Shown: piece after piece, positions 38,465-47,249 of the stretch
Position numbering within the stretch: position 1 is the stretch's first letter
Layout: the number at the start of each line of letters is the position of its first letter
Assembly: GCA_016125005.1 (NCBI GenBank)
Contig: WGMQ01000030.1
Location: 101-64,100 of the forward strand
DNA: 64,000 nucleotides
Source: a bacterium
GTDB lineage: Bacteria > Sumerlaeota > Sumerlaeia > SLMS01
Direction: 5' to 3'
Translations under genes and position numbers: made by a program
The notes under the pieces: model-generated
Told to the model about the DNA's origin: nothing
Database searches by the model: none
Seen by the model: the letters and a program-made list of their open reading frames with translations, nothing else

Positions 38465-38885
38465 TGGCCTCCGGCCGAATGTACCCCTCCATGACCTCCA
38501 CCGACGAGCTCCCCGACTCGTGCACCACGAAGGCGTCCACCCGGATAGTCACGGCACGCTGGCGGGTATTCATCAGGTAGTCGCCAATGACGCTCCTCAG
38601 GTTCCCCTGACGCCGGACGTCGAGCACTTCCTGCCACGGGCTGGGGTCGTCGGCAGGGCGAAATTTGACCTCGGCAAAAAGCAACAGGGCGTGGTTGGCG
38701 GCGATCAGATCGATGTCGCTGCCGTCGGCACCGAGCCACCGATGATGGCGGATTTGCCAGCCACGCCGCCAAAGGTACCGCGCAACAACGCGCTCCGCCC
38801 AAAGCCCGCGCTGTCCCGCGTCCCAGTCGCTACGGAAAGGGCGATCGGGCCAGATGGGAAGGGTTAGCGAGTTGCGCAGCCACAT
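38406..38885 (-). CDS. yraN: YraN-family (UPF0102) endonuclease-like protein
   Basis: Start moved to ATG 38885. AERVVARYLWRRGWQI, DIDLIA and LLLFAEVKFR are present. The 3-prime end overlaps plsC convergently. Confidence 0.75.
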   Translation of the reverse strand: MWLRNSLTLPIWPDRPFRSDWDAGQRGLWAERVVARYLWRRGWQIRHHRWLGADGSDIDLIAANHALLLFAEVKFRPADDPSPWQEVLDVRRQGNLRSVIGDYLMNTRQRAVTIRVDAFVVHESGSSSVEVMEGYIRPEAISAWRGVPAPVSANPAIPP

Positions 38886-38893
38886 GGCCCTCC

Positions 38894-39550
38894 TCAGCCA
38901 ATCAGGGTCTGAAACGCCGCCACTCCCTGGGCGATGCCCGCGGCCACGTCGGTAATCTCTGCATCGTACATGTAGGCGGGGACGGTCACCAAACGGTGCG
39001 CCTGGTCGACGAGGCATTCCCTGACCGGAGTGGCCACGTGACGCGCTCCCCAGGAAGCCACCGCACCGACCAGCGGACTGTCGGCACCGAGCGTCACCGC
39101 CACCCCATCGCCGATCACCTTCGCGGCAATCACCGGAGAGATGCAGAGGAAGAGCATCGGCTTGCGGGACTCGACTCCCTCACGGACGAATCGCTCGACC
39201 TCTGAGTTGACGGTCATCCGGGCGCCATCGACGGCGAAGGTACAAAGGTTCTTGGCGGCGCCAAACCCGCCGGGAAAGGCGATGCCGTCGAACTCGATCG
39301 CTCGCGCCGTGGCCAGGTCGCGTACCTTGCCACGGGCGATTCGCGCTGCCTCAACCAGCACGCGGCGCTTCTGTCCCTCGGCGGGCTCTCCTGCAAGATG
39401 GTCCACGACATGGGCCTGTTCGATATCCGGTGCCAGGAATTCGACGGCGAATCCGGCGCGCTTCAGGTTGAGCAGCAGAAGCACACTTTCGTGAATTTCC
39501 GAGCCATCGAACACCCCACACCCCGAGAGTACGACCGCGATTTTTTTCAT
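38894..39550 (-). CDS. elbB: DJ-1/PfpI-superfamily protein, ElbB subfamily
   Basis: Start moved to ATG 39550. MKKIAVVLSGCGVFDGSEIHESVLLLL, FPGGFGAAKNL and FLCISPV are present. Confidence 0.85.
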   Translation of the reverse strand: MKKIAVVLSGCGVFDGSEIHESVLLLLNLKRAGFAVEFLAPDIEQAHVVDHLAGEPAEGQKRRVLVEAARIARGKVRDLATARAIEFDGIAFPGGFGAAKNLCTFAVDGARMTVNSEVERFVREGVESRKPMLFLCISPVIAAKVIGDGVAVTLGADSPLVGAVASWGARHVATPVRECLVDQAHRLVTVPAYMYDAEITDVAAGIAQGVAAFQTLIG

Positions 39551-39730
39551 CAGAAACGCTCCATTCCGGATGAGTTTAGGTTGGATGGCAGAAACGGTGT
39601 GGACAAGCGCAAAGGGACCGGAGACCATCCGGCGGACGACTAGCAGAAGGCGTTTGCGTCCGCCCAAGGCCTTCGGTCAACTAGGTACCCAGCAGGCCAG
39701 ACGACAACGCGGGCGATGTGAAGGTGACAC

Positions 39731-40039
39731 ATGGATTTCAAGGTAGAAGCAAACGACGCTCAGGTCACTGTTCGGATTGTTGGCGAAGTCACCGCCGAGA
39801 GTTGCGGCGAGCTCCGCGATCAGGTCATTGATCTGATCAAGAAGTCTCCAGCGAAGCTCATCCTCGATCTGGCCGAGGTACCGTTCATCGACACCAGTGG
39901 TCTTGGCGTGCTTGTGGGCTTGCGCGCACAGGCCAAGAAGGCTGGTACCGCACTCATGGTACAGAATCCGCAGCCCCGGATTCTGCAGGTCTTCCGGATC
40001 ACCCAATTGGCAAAGGTGTTCGGACTCAGCTCCGACTAA
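39731..40039 (+). CDS. STAS-domain anti-sigma-factor antagonist (SpoIIAA/RsbV-like)
   Basis: 102 aa. LILDLAEVPFIDTSGLGVLVGL carries the phosphorylatable Ser context (DTSG). Confidence 0.85.
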   Translation: MDFKVEANDAQVTVRIVGEVTAESCGELRDQVIDLIKKSPAKLILDLAEVPFIDTSGLGVLVGLRAQAKKAGTALMVQNPQPRILQVFRITQLAKVFGLSSD

Positions 40040-40050
40040 TCGGTCCCACG

Positions 40051-41235
40051 ATGCCGACCAGCAGCCTAAAAGACCTAGTGGATAGTACCCAGGCACGGGT
40101 GCTCGTTGTCGACGACAACCCAGTGAACAGTGCCTTGCTCAAGACGCTTCTCGAGCGGGATCGGATCAAGTGCACCTTGGTGTCCTCAGGCGCTGATGCG
40201 CTCGACGAGTTCAGGCGCACCAACTTCGATCTGGTGCTGCTGGACATTGAGATGCCCGGGATTTCAGGTCTTGATGTGCTTCGGCAGTTGCGCAAGCGCC
40301 AGACTGCGCTGGCGTTCCTCCCCGTGATGCTGGTTACAGGCCGAACCGACATGGAGTCCCGCATCGAGGGACTTGAGGCCGGCGCCACCGATTTCATCAG
40401 CAAGCCCTTCGATCCGGCTGAGCTCGGTGCCCGCGTTCGGAACCACATCCAGGCCAAGCGACTTTACGATCGCCTGATGGTCACCAACACGCTCCTCAAG
40501 GAGGAGCGAGCCAAGATCTTCGAGGCGCAGGTCGCCCTGCTGCCCAGTTCCATGCCCGTGCGTCAGGGCCTGCGCTTCGGCGCGGGATATCAGGCCAGCA
40601 GCGTGGCCAGTGGCGACTACTACGACGTGATCGAGCGATCCAACGGCAACATCCTCCTCGCCGTCGCAGACGTCAGCGGCCACGGCATCGCCAGCGCCAT
40701 GCAGATGTCCATCCTGCGCGCGACCTTACGCGCACGAGCCGCCCACGGCGAATCGATCGAGGCCATCCTGGCAGAACTCAATGCCATCCTCCGCCACTCG
40801 CTTGATGACTACAGCTTCGTCACCTTCTATCTGGCCGAGTTCAACCAGACCTCCGGTATGCTAAACAGCGTCTCGGCCGGTCATCATTCGCCCCTTTGCC
40901 AGGACCTGCAAACAGGCGAGATCAGCGAACTCGTCGGCGAGACCTGCTGTCCGCTTGGTCTTGAACAGGACCTGGACATCGTCGTGGTGCGCCATCAGCT
41001 TCAGCCGGGACAGCGCCTGATCGTCTATACGGATGGGCTCATCGAGCAGACCAATCGGGCCGGTAAATACTTCGAACTCGACGGCGTTCGTTCCTGTCTA
41101 TACGAGACCGATCCCCAGGATCCGCAGCGGGCCGTCGACAAGCTTCTCTCCGACTTGCACCGCTTCCACGGCGACGAGCGCCCCAAGGACGACGTCACCG
41201 TCCTCGTGATGGACGTCATCAAGACTGCCCAGTGA
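40051..41235 (+). CDS. response-regulator receiver fused to PP2C (SpoIIE/RsbU-type) serine phosphatase
   Basis: The REC domain shows VLVVDDNPVN, DLVLLDIEMPGISG and KPF. The PP2C part shows GDYYDV, VADVSGHG and YTDGLIE. Confidence 0.85.
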   Translation: MPTSSLKDLVDSTQARVLVVDDNPVNSALLKTLLERDRIKCTLVSSGADALDEFRRTNFDLVLLDIEMPGISGLDVLRQLRKRQTALAFLPVMLVTGRTDMESRIEGLEAGATDFISKPFDPAELGARVRNHIQAKRLYDRLMVTNTLLKEERAKIFEAQVALLPSSMPVRQGLRFGAGYQASSVASGDYYDVIERSNGNILLAVADVSGHGIASAMQMSILRATLRARAAHGESIEAILAELNAILRHSLDDYSFVTFYLAEFNQTSGMLNSVSAGHHSPLCQDLQTGEISELVGETCCPLGLEQDLDIVVVRHQLQPGQRLIVYTDGLIEQTNRAGKYFELDGVRSCLYETDPQDPQRAVDKLLSDLHRFHGDERPKDDVTVLVMDVIKTAQ

Positions 41236-41237
41236 CG

Positions 41238-42452
41238 ATGAAGCGAGTCCTGGTCCTCAACGCCAACATCCGTGAGCGTGGCACCTGGTTCCGGGCGCGC
41301 AAGGTGGCCCGTGGCCTCTTCCATCGCGGGCATGACGTCACCTTTGTCTGCCAGGGTGAGGGGTGGTACCGACCGCGCATTCGTCAGAATCATCCCCGCT
41401 GGTTCGAATGGGAGACGGCCAGTTGGTCGCCGCTCCGCGTCGAGGAAGGACACGCGCCGCTCGCCGTCATGCAGCGCATCCTCAAGCTGCGCGGCCACTG
41501 GGATCTTGTCTATACGTTCAGTCACCTACCGGTCGACTCCGCCGTGGCCCACATGGTCCGTGACCGTTCCACCTTCTGGATCACCGATTGGTGCGACCTG
41601 TGGAATTCCACGCAGGGAGGCATCCATGATGTCCGCTGCTGGCCCAAGCCGCTGCCACCGTTCCTGACCGGATGGAAAGGGGTCTATACACGCTTCAGCC
41701 ATCGCCTCGAGGACGCCACCGAACGCCAAGTCGCGATCGACGCTGACGCGGTATCCATCATCGCGTCCCCCATGCTCGAGGAAACTCGCAAGCTCGGTAT
41801 AGACGACCGCCGCATCCTCCACATGATCTCGGGCGCCGACACCCGCAACATCAAGCCGCAGGATCGATCCGCCGCCCGGCGCCAACTATCCATCGACGAA
41901 GACGCCCTCCTCGCCGTTTACGTCGCCAACTTCACCCCGGACAATATCCAGTTGGAGCGGGCCCTCGAACTTTCGCTGAGGAACAACCCGCGCCTTCAGG
42001 TGCTCAGCGTCGGGCCACGCTGGTATCCCGAGAAGGGCTACATCGCCGAGCAGGTGCGCCGCGGTCGCGTCCTCGACATGGGACGCCGTCCCTTCGCCGA
42101 GATCCCCCTCTTCCTCGGCGCCGCCGACTTCCTCCTAATGCCCATCCGCGACACGCCGCTGAATCGCTGTCGCTGGCCCAACAAGTTCGGAGACTACATG
42201 GCCTCCGGACGCCCCACCGCGACCACCGACGTTGGCGACATGGGACGCGTTTGCCGCGAGTACAACGTCGGCATCGCCAGCGAGTCCACGCACGAGGGAC
42301 TCGCCCGCTCCATCGACCGACTTGCGGGCGATCCCGACCTGCGCGCATCCCTCGGGGCCAACGCCCTTCACGCAGCCCGGAACCATTTTTCCTGGGCCTC
42401 GCGTGTCCATCGCCTCGCCGCCTTCCTGAACTCCCACGGCGTCGACATCTAG
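41238..42452 (+). CDS. GT-B fold glycosyltransferase (family 4-like)
   Basis: ATG 41238 lies 3 nt after the upstream stop. KRVLVLNANIRERGTWFRARKVARGLFHRGHDVTF is a Rossmann-like N-domain. The C-domain has FLLMPIRD ... NKFGDYMASGRPTATTDVG. Confidence 0.75.
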   Translation: MKRVLVLNANIRERGTWFRARKVARGLFHRGHDVTFVCQGEGWYRPRIRQNHPRWFEWETASWSPLRVEEGHAPLAVMQRILKLRGHWDLVYTFSHLPVDSAVAHMVRDRSTFWITDWCDLWNSTQGGIHDVRCWPKPLPPFLTGWKGVYTRFSHRLEDATERQVAIDADAVSIIASPMLEETRKLGIDDRRILHMISGADTRNIKPQDRSAARRQLSIDEDALLAVYVANFTPDNIQLERALELSLRNNPRLQVLSVGPRWYPEKGYIAEQVRRGRVLDMGRRPFAEIPLFLGAADFLLMPIRDTPLNRCRWPNKFGDYMASGRPTATTDVGDMGRVCREYNVGIASESTHEGLARSIDRLAGDPDLRASLGANALHAARNHFSWASRVHRLAAFLNSHGVDI

Positions 42453-42607
42453 GCCCACCACTCCCCAACCGCAACCTTTCCTGATCCCGGATTATTAAAT
42501 GCCCGGGATCGGCAGAAGGGGATTTTTGGTTGACTTTTCCGTTACATACTTTAGTCTTTAATTAATTATTGTAGAAAACTAAATCCAAGCACGGAAAGGA
42601 ATCACCG

Positions 42608-44011
42608 ATGCACCAGCACACCGCCGTAGCCACCGCCCGTCCCGCTTCCACGCGGCGCACGCCCCTCCTTGGCGCCTGCCTCGCGGCAGCGGGAATCCTC
42701 GCCGCCGCGTCCGCCTCCGCCGCCACCATCAACTACACGCCCCACTACGACTTCATGCTGAACCCGGAGGCGGGCTTCATGAAGCTCCTTCCTATGGACG
42801 GCACCGCGGCCACCTTCACGGAGATCGACAATCTCCGCGCCACGGACCATTCCATTTATTGGGGCATTATTGACCTCGCGGCCTTCTACAACACCAACAC
42901 GATCAGTACCGCGAAGAAGAACCAGATCACCGCCAGCTTCAACCGCGCGCGTCAGGCTGGCGTGAAGGTCATCCCCCGCATCCGCTACCATGTGACCGAG
43001 TCCTTCACCCCGCCCGAGCCGAACTACACGCGCCAGGCCAAGCACCTTGACCAGCTCGCTCCGATCTTCACCGCCAACAACGACATCGTGGTCTGCTATC
43101 AGGCGGGAGGCTACGGTGCCTACGGCGAGTGGTATTACAGCCCCTCCGCAAACACCACCGGCTCGGCCCGCAAGCAGCTCCTCGACAAGATGTTCTCGGT
43201 CCTCCCAGCGGACGCCATCATCCAGGTCCGCACCCCTTACTACAAGGACCAGTACGCGTCGCTCGGCGCCTCCGCGAGCCGCGTCGCCCGCGTCGGTCAC
43301 TTCAACGATTGCTTCGACTCCGACTCCACGGACTTCGGTACCTATACCTGCTACCCGTGGGTGAGCGGGTGCCTTTCCGTCACCGACTGGCGCACCTACG
43401 TCCACACCGATTCGTTCGTGGTTCCCGTCGGCGGAGAGTCCTGCGTCAACGTCCCGTACAACGACTGTCCCGGTCCCTACAACGAGGCCAACTACATGGG
43501 ATGGAGCTTCATGAACACGAGCTGGAACCCCGATGCGATCTCCAAGTGGCAAAGCCAGGGTTGCTGGCCGGACATGCGGCGCCGCATGGGCTATCGCTAC
43601 GAGCTGGTTTCCGCCACGGTCCCCGACAGCATCTCGCCCGGCCAGAACTTCACCGTCTCGTTCACCATCAAGAACGAGGGCTTCGCGCCCCTGTACGACG
43701 TGCGGAACGTCTACGTGCGCCTGCATGACGCGGCGGGCAACGAGCTCGTCTACTACTGGTTCCCGGGAATCGACGTCCGCAACTGGGCGCCGCTGGCGGG
43801 GAACTACACCCACACGGCCACCTTCACTGCCCCAACGTGGCTGACGAGCGGCCCCGTCACGATGGGCCTTTGGATGCCCGACAAGGAACCGGCCCTGTAC
43901 TCGCGCAGCGAATACTCGGTCCGCATGGCCAGCAAGAACGGGTCGACCGACATCTGGAATCCGACGTGGGGTGAGAACGTCATGAAGACCGGCATCCCCG
44001 TCGTGCCGTGA
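42608..44011 (+). CDS. exported DUF4874/DUF4832-like glycoside-hydrolase-like protein (tentative)
   Basis: It has a signal peptide (LGACLAAAGILAAASASA). QAGGYGAYGEWYYS resembles the GxWGEWH motif of that family. It is preceded by the most AT-rich promoter region in the window. Confidence 0.5.
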   Translation: MHQHTAVATARPASTRRTPLLGACLAAAGILAAASASAATINYTPHYDFMLNPEAGFMKLLPMDGTAATFTEIDNLRATDHSIYWGIIDLAAFYNTNTISTAKKNQITASFNRARQAGVKVIPRIRYHVTESFTPPEPNYTRQAKHLDQLAPIFTANNDIVVCYQAGGYGAYGEWYYSPSANTTGSARKQLLDKMFSVLPADAIIQVRTPYYKDQYASLGASASRVARVGHFNDCFDSDSTDFGTYTCYPWVSGCLSVTDWRTYVHTDSFVVPVGGESCVNVPYNDCPGPYNEANYMGWSFMNTSWNPDAISKWQSQGCWPDMRRRMGYRYELVSATVPDSISPGQNFTVSFTIKNEGFAPLYDVRNVYVRLHDAAGNELVYYWFPGIDVRNWAPLAGNYTHTATFTAPTWLTSGPVTMGLWMPDKEPALYSRSEYSVRMASKNGSTDIWNPTWGENVMKTGIPVVP

Positions 44012-44027
44012 CACGTCTGCAAGCCAG

Positions 44028-44051
44028 CCCGCCCGGTGGACGCCGGGCGGG
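44028..44051. terminator. stem-loop between convergent genes
   Basis: CCCGCCCGG (44028-44036) and CCGGGCGGG (44043-44051) form a perfect 9-bp stem with a 6-nt loop. It lies between the stop at 44009-44011 (+) and the stop at 44053-44055 (-). Confidence 0.5.
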
Positions 44052-44052
44052 T

Positions 44053-44877
44053 TCAGGAAAACAGGTCATCGGACTCGGGAAGGGAAAGTGGCTGCCCGGC
44101 CATCTCCGCAAAGACCATCGCATCGAGGATCGCGTTTCCATCGGGGTGATTGTTGAAGAAGGCGAGAGCCGTGGTCGCATTCTCGGCCGCATCCCGAATC
44201 ACTGGTACCCACGGCCTCAGTTCCCCCTGTGCGTAGCGATAGCGATAGCGGTCGCTTCCCGACGGGCTATCCCTGCCGTACCAAGTCTCGCCGTTGCGGC
44301 CGTGGAAACGGAAGTAGGCCAGCGGGCCGGTCTGTCTATACCGCGAGGACTGGGAAAGACCGCGCAGTGCTGGCTGGTCGATGGCCACGCGGGAGACGGC
44401 AAGGTCGCGCAGGAAGCCATCGGCCTCGTCCGTATCCCACGATGAATGGCGCAGCTCCACGGCGAGTGGAATGCCCGCGAGGCATCCGAAGATCTGCTGC
44501 ATCTTCTGCCGATCGGAGAGCGTGTTTCGCAGCGCATTCGGGAACTGGAGGAGAACCGCCATCAGGACTCCGGCCTCGCGGAACGGCGCCAGATACTCGA
44601 GAAACGGGTGCACCGTAGCGGAATCGGTCAGGCCGCGATGGGTCATGTCGCCCGGCGCCTTGATGGAGAACGCAAGCCGCCCTCCCGCATCGCGCACCTT
44701 GCGCCGCGCGGACTCCCGCTTCGGCGTGCCGTAGTAGGTGGCGTTGATCTCCAGCGCTCGGAAGACACCGGCGTAGTAGTCGAGCCGATGCGCCGTCGTG
44801 ACGTGTGGCGGATAGAACACGCCGCGCCAGTCGTCATATGCGTAGCCTGACGTACCGATGAGGAGCGGACCTGGCAT
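44053..44877 (-). CDS. DUF72 (UPF0759, YecE-like) protein
   Basis: Start moved to ATG 44877. MPGPLLIGTSGYAYDDWRGVFYP and LDYYAGVFRALEINATYY are present. The ATG shares its A with the polB stop (TGATG). Confidence 0.8.
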   Translation of the reverse strand: MPGPLLIGTSGYAYDDWRGVFYPPHVTTAHRLDYYAGVFRALEINATYYGTPKRESARRKVRDAGGRLAFSIKAPGDMTHRGLTDSATVHPFLEYLAPFREAGVLMAVLLQFPNALRNTLSDRQKMQQIFGCLAGIPLAVELRHSSWDTDEADGFLRDLAVSRVAIDQPALRGLSQSSRYRQTGPLAYFRFHGRNGETWYGRDSPSGSDRYRYRYAQGELRPWVPVIRDAAENATTALAFFNNHPDGNAILDAMVFAEMAGQPLSLPESDDLFS

Positions 44878-47216
44878 CAGGCAAGGCTCCCGAACAGGTC
44901 GGGCTGTATAGACGTGGTGCACACGGACCTGGCGCTCTTCTTCCGTTCCGGTGGTGCCCACGGCGGACGGACCTTCTTCTCGTCCAACTCAATGCCGCCG
45001 GGCCACAGCAGCGTATTCATGGCGCGGCGCAGCAACCGAATGTTCGCCACGGGATCGGCGGTGGTTTCGTGATCGATGAGTGCCTTGAGTCGCACGCGGC
45101 GGGAACGATCCTGATCGTCGGATGACGTGAGCACATAGGAGAGCGACTCGCCCGCATGGAGGTTCATTCCCGCAGCCACCGACTGGCGCGCGGCAAGCGA
45201 CTGGGCTCCGTTGCCGGTGTAGTCCTCGGGATCCTGCGAGAGGGACTGCCTGATGACGAGGTCGTCGAGCGGTACCTCATGGCGCCAGAGCGCGCCTTCC
45301 ATCTCGGCGATACGATCAAGCAACGTGGGCACCATCGCCCGGTAACCCGCTGCATCAGGGGGCTTGGCCAACTCGCGCAGCAACTCAAGCTGGGCGTTCT
45401 TCACATAGAGCGGCAGGTCGTGGCGACGGCACTCGATGCCGCGATACTTCACCGAGCCATCGCGAAATGCCCCGAAATAGCGCGTCGGAACGGGCATCTC
45501 GGGGTTCTGGCGCGAAGGGAGAAACGCTAGCCACTTGTATATACCCTCCAGCGCGATGGGCAGGCCGGTCACCTTCTGGATCTCCTCGCATAGCACCGGG
45601 ACTTCCGCGTCCTGAAACCCCGGCTTCACAATCCACACACAGTCGACATTCGCGTGGATCATGCGCCAACCACGTTCCTCGCAGACCTCGCGGGCCTGCA
45701 TCAGGATCTCGCGCGAATAGGCCGACACCGCCTCGTGGGCCTCGATACGACCGAAGCGGGCGTTGCGATAGCCGAGGTAACCGAAGCAACAAACCAGCAT
45801 CCACTTGAGCGCATCCTGTCGCGCATCCCAGCGCGCGTAGGCCACCGCGTCGCCAGCCTCCTTCGCCAGCTTGCGCAGGCGCTTGAACTCGACCCGCTTG
45901 GCGATGATCGGCGTGAGGGAACGGGACACAAGACCCGCGCGTTTCTCGCAGATTGTATAGTCGATCTGCGGCACCGTTCGGTTGCTGCAACAGGGGCAAT
46001 TCACCGTCTCCGGCGAGACGTTGAAGCGGGACATGATGCTCGGGTACATGGCGACGAAATCCAGCTCGACGACGTTCTCATGGAAGCCTGTTTCCGGCGC
46101 ATAGACAATACCGCCCCGGTCCGCCTTCAGCAGTTGACGCGCGCTCTTCCACGCCTCGGGCTGCGTCTTCTTCCACGGAACCAGAAAGCCCTCGCGCCAG
46201 GCGTGATCGAGCTGGATCGAGGAAATGCCCGTGCCGATGCTGCGCCGCGCGATACGCTGGATGGGGATGCGCGAGAGACGGGCAACCTCGAAGAGGCCAT
46301 CCATGCCATCGTGCGAGAGCGCGAAGGAGTTCTTGCGATCCAGATGCCAGCGCCCGCGCAGCGCATGTTCCGGCGCCTGGTACAGGATCTTGCCGTAGGA
46401 AAAGTACGAACGCCCCTCCGTCCTGGCCTCGCGCGGCGGCGGCTCGTCGCGATCCAGCCGGATCGGAAAACGCATCCGCTGTGCGAGTGTATAGACAAGC
46501 GGGAACAGGAACGAATCGCCACTGTCCGTCAGCAACACATCCGGGTCCAGATCGTCGAGCGCCCGCTGAAACCCCGCCAGCAGCTCATACGGATCCTCCC
46601 AGGTCAGCACGCGCCCCTCGCACTCCATCGTCAGCGAACGAAGCTCTGTGCGCTTCTCATGTAATGTCCCCTCGCCACGCAACTCCGCCACACGCAACGG
46701 CGGCGTGGCGTACTGCGTCAGCCAACGATCGTCACCTTCCTCCCGCGCCAGCGACAGCAACCGCCCGCCCTCATGCTCCACGCGACAACGCATCAGCGGA
46801 TAGACATCGCGCTCGAAACCGTACACCTGCTCCGCCAGCAAGTCCGCGTTGTACCATGAGAGTAGCGGAAACTTGTCCGCATGACGATCCAGCGCACGGC
46901 GCCACGTTTCGATGCGCAGGAGCCGGAACGCGAACACACGACGGGGCTCGCCCGTCCAGAAGTCGCGGCGCTCCATCCACCCCACCGGCGCCGCATCGCG
47001 CGCCTTCTCCATCACGCGAGCACAGCCCGCCACGTCCTCCTCCGGACCATCGACAAACACCAGCGGCTCGAACGGCTCCACCAACCGCAGGCGCTCGCCA
47101 TCGTCGGTAATGAACCAGAGCACCACCGCATTGCCGACGGCGTGGTAATCGAAGAGCCAACCGGTCGCGTTCACGGCGCGCAAAATCCAGTGGAAATACG
47201 ACGCGAAGCATGGCAT
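44877..47216 (-). CDS. polB: family-B DNA polymerase, Pol II-like, with degenerate exonuclease and altered polymerase motifs
   Basis: Start moved to ATG 47216, giving 779 aa. Motif A is VVELDFVAMYPSIM, motif B is ALKWMLVCCFGYLGY and motif C is MIHANVDCVWI. The Exo I/II regions read PPLRVAELRGEGT and DPDVLLTDSGDSFLFPLVYTLAQR. Confidence 0.85.
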   Translation of the reverse strand: MPCFASYFHWILRAVNATGWLFDYHAVGNAVVLWFITDDGERLRLVEPFEPLVFVDGPEEDVAGCARVMEKARDAAPVGWMERRDFWTGEPRRVFAFRLLRIETWRRALDRHADKFPLLSWYNADLLAEQVYGFERDVYPLMRCRVEHEGGRLLSLAREEGDDRWLTQYATPPLRVAELRGEGTLHEKRTELRSLTMECEGRVLTWEDPYELLAGFQRALDDLDPDVLLTDSGDSFLFPLVYTLAQRMRFPIRLDRDEPPPREARTEGRSYFSYGKILYQAPEHALRGRWHLDRKNSFALSHDGMDGLFEVARLSRIPIQRIARRSIGTGISSIQLDHAWREGFLVPWKKTQPEAWKSARQLLKADRGGIVYAPETGFHENVVELDFVAMYPSIMSRFNVSPETVNCPCCSNRTVPQIDYTICEKRAGLVSRSLTPIIAKRVEFKRLRKLAKEAGDAVAYARWDARQDALKWMLVCCFGYLGYRNARFGRIEAHEAVSAYSREILMQAREVCEERGWRMIHANVDCVWIVKPGFQDAEVPVLCEEIQKVTGLPIALEGIYKWLAFLPSRQNPEMPVPTRYFGAFRDGSVKYRGIECRRHDLPLYVKNAQLELLRELAKPPDAAGYRAMVPTLLDRIAEMEGALWRHEVPLDDLVIRQSLSQDPEDYTGNGAQSLAARQSVAAGMNLHAGESLSYVLTSSDDQDRSRRVRLKALIDHETTADPVANIRLLRRAMNTLLWPGGIELDEKKVRPPWAPPERKKSARSVCTTSIQPDLFGSLA

Positions 47217-47249
47217 GATCGTTCCACTTTCAGGCAAGGAGCCTCGGCC

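Noticed and set aside
41401-41411. T-loop-like strings suggesting tRNA genes: GGTTCGAATGG at 41401 and GTTCAAGTCC at 6925.
   Set aside because: Both lie inside well-supported coding frames (the glycosyltransferase gene and tatA). Neither has a matching acceptor or anticodon stem nearby.
42530-42590. AT-rich block (TTGACTTTTCCGTTACATACTTTAGTCTTTAATTAATTATTGTAGAAAACTAAATCC) as a dif site, an origin element or a sigma70 promoter.
   Set aside because: It resembles the XerCD dif consensus (..CATAATGTATATTATGTTAAAT) only in being AT-rich. There are no DnaA boxes. TTGACT has no acceptable -10 at 16-19 nt. It is probably just a promoter/UP region for the 42608 gene.
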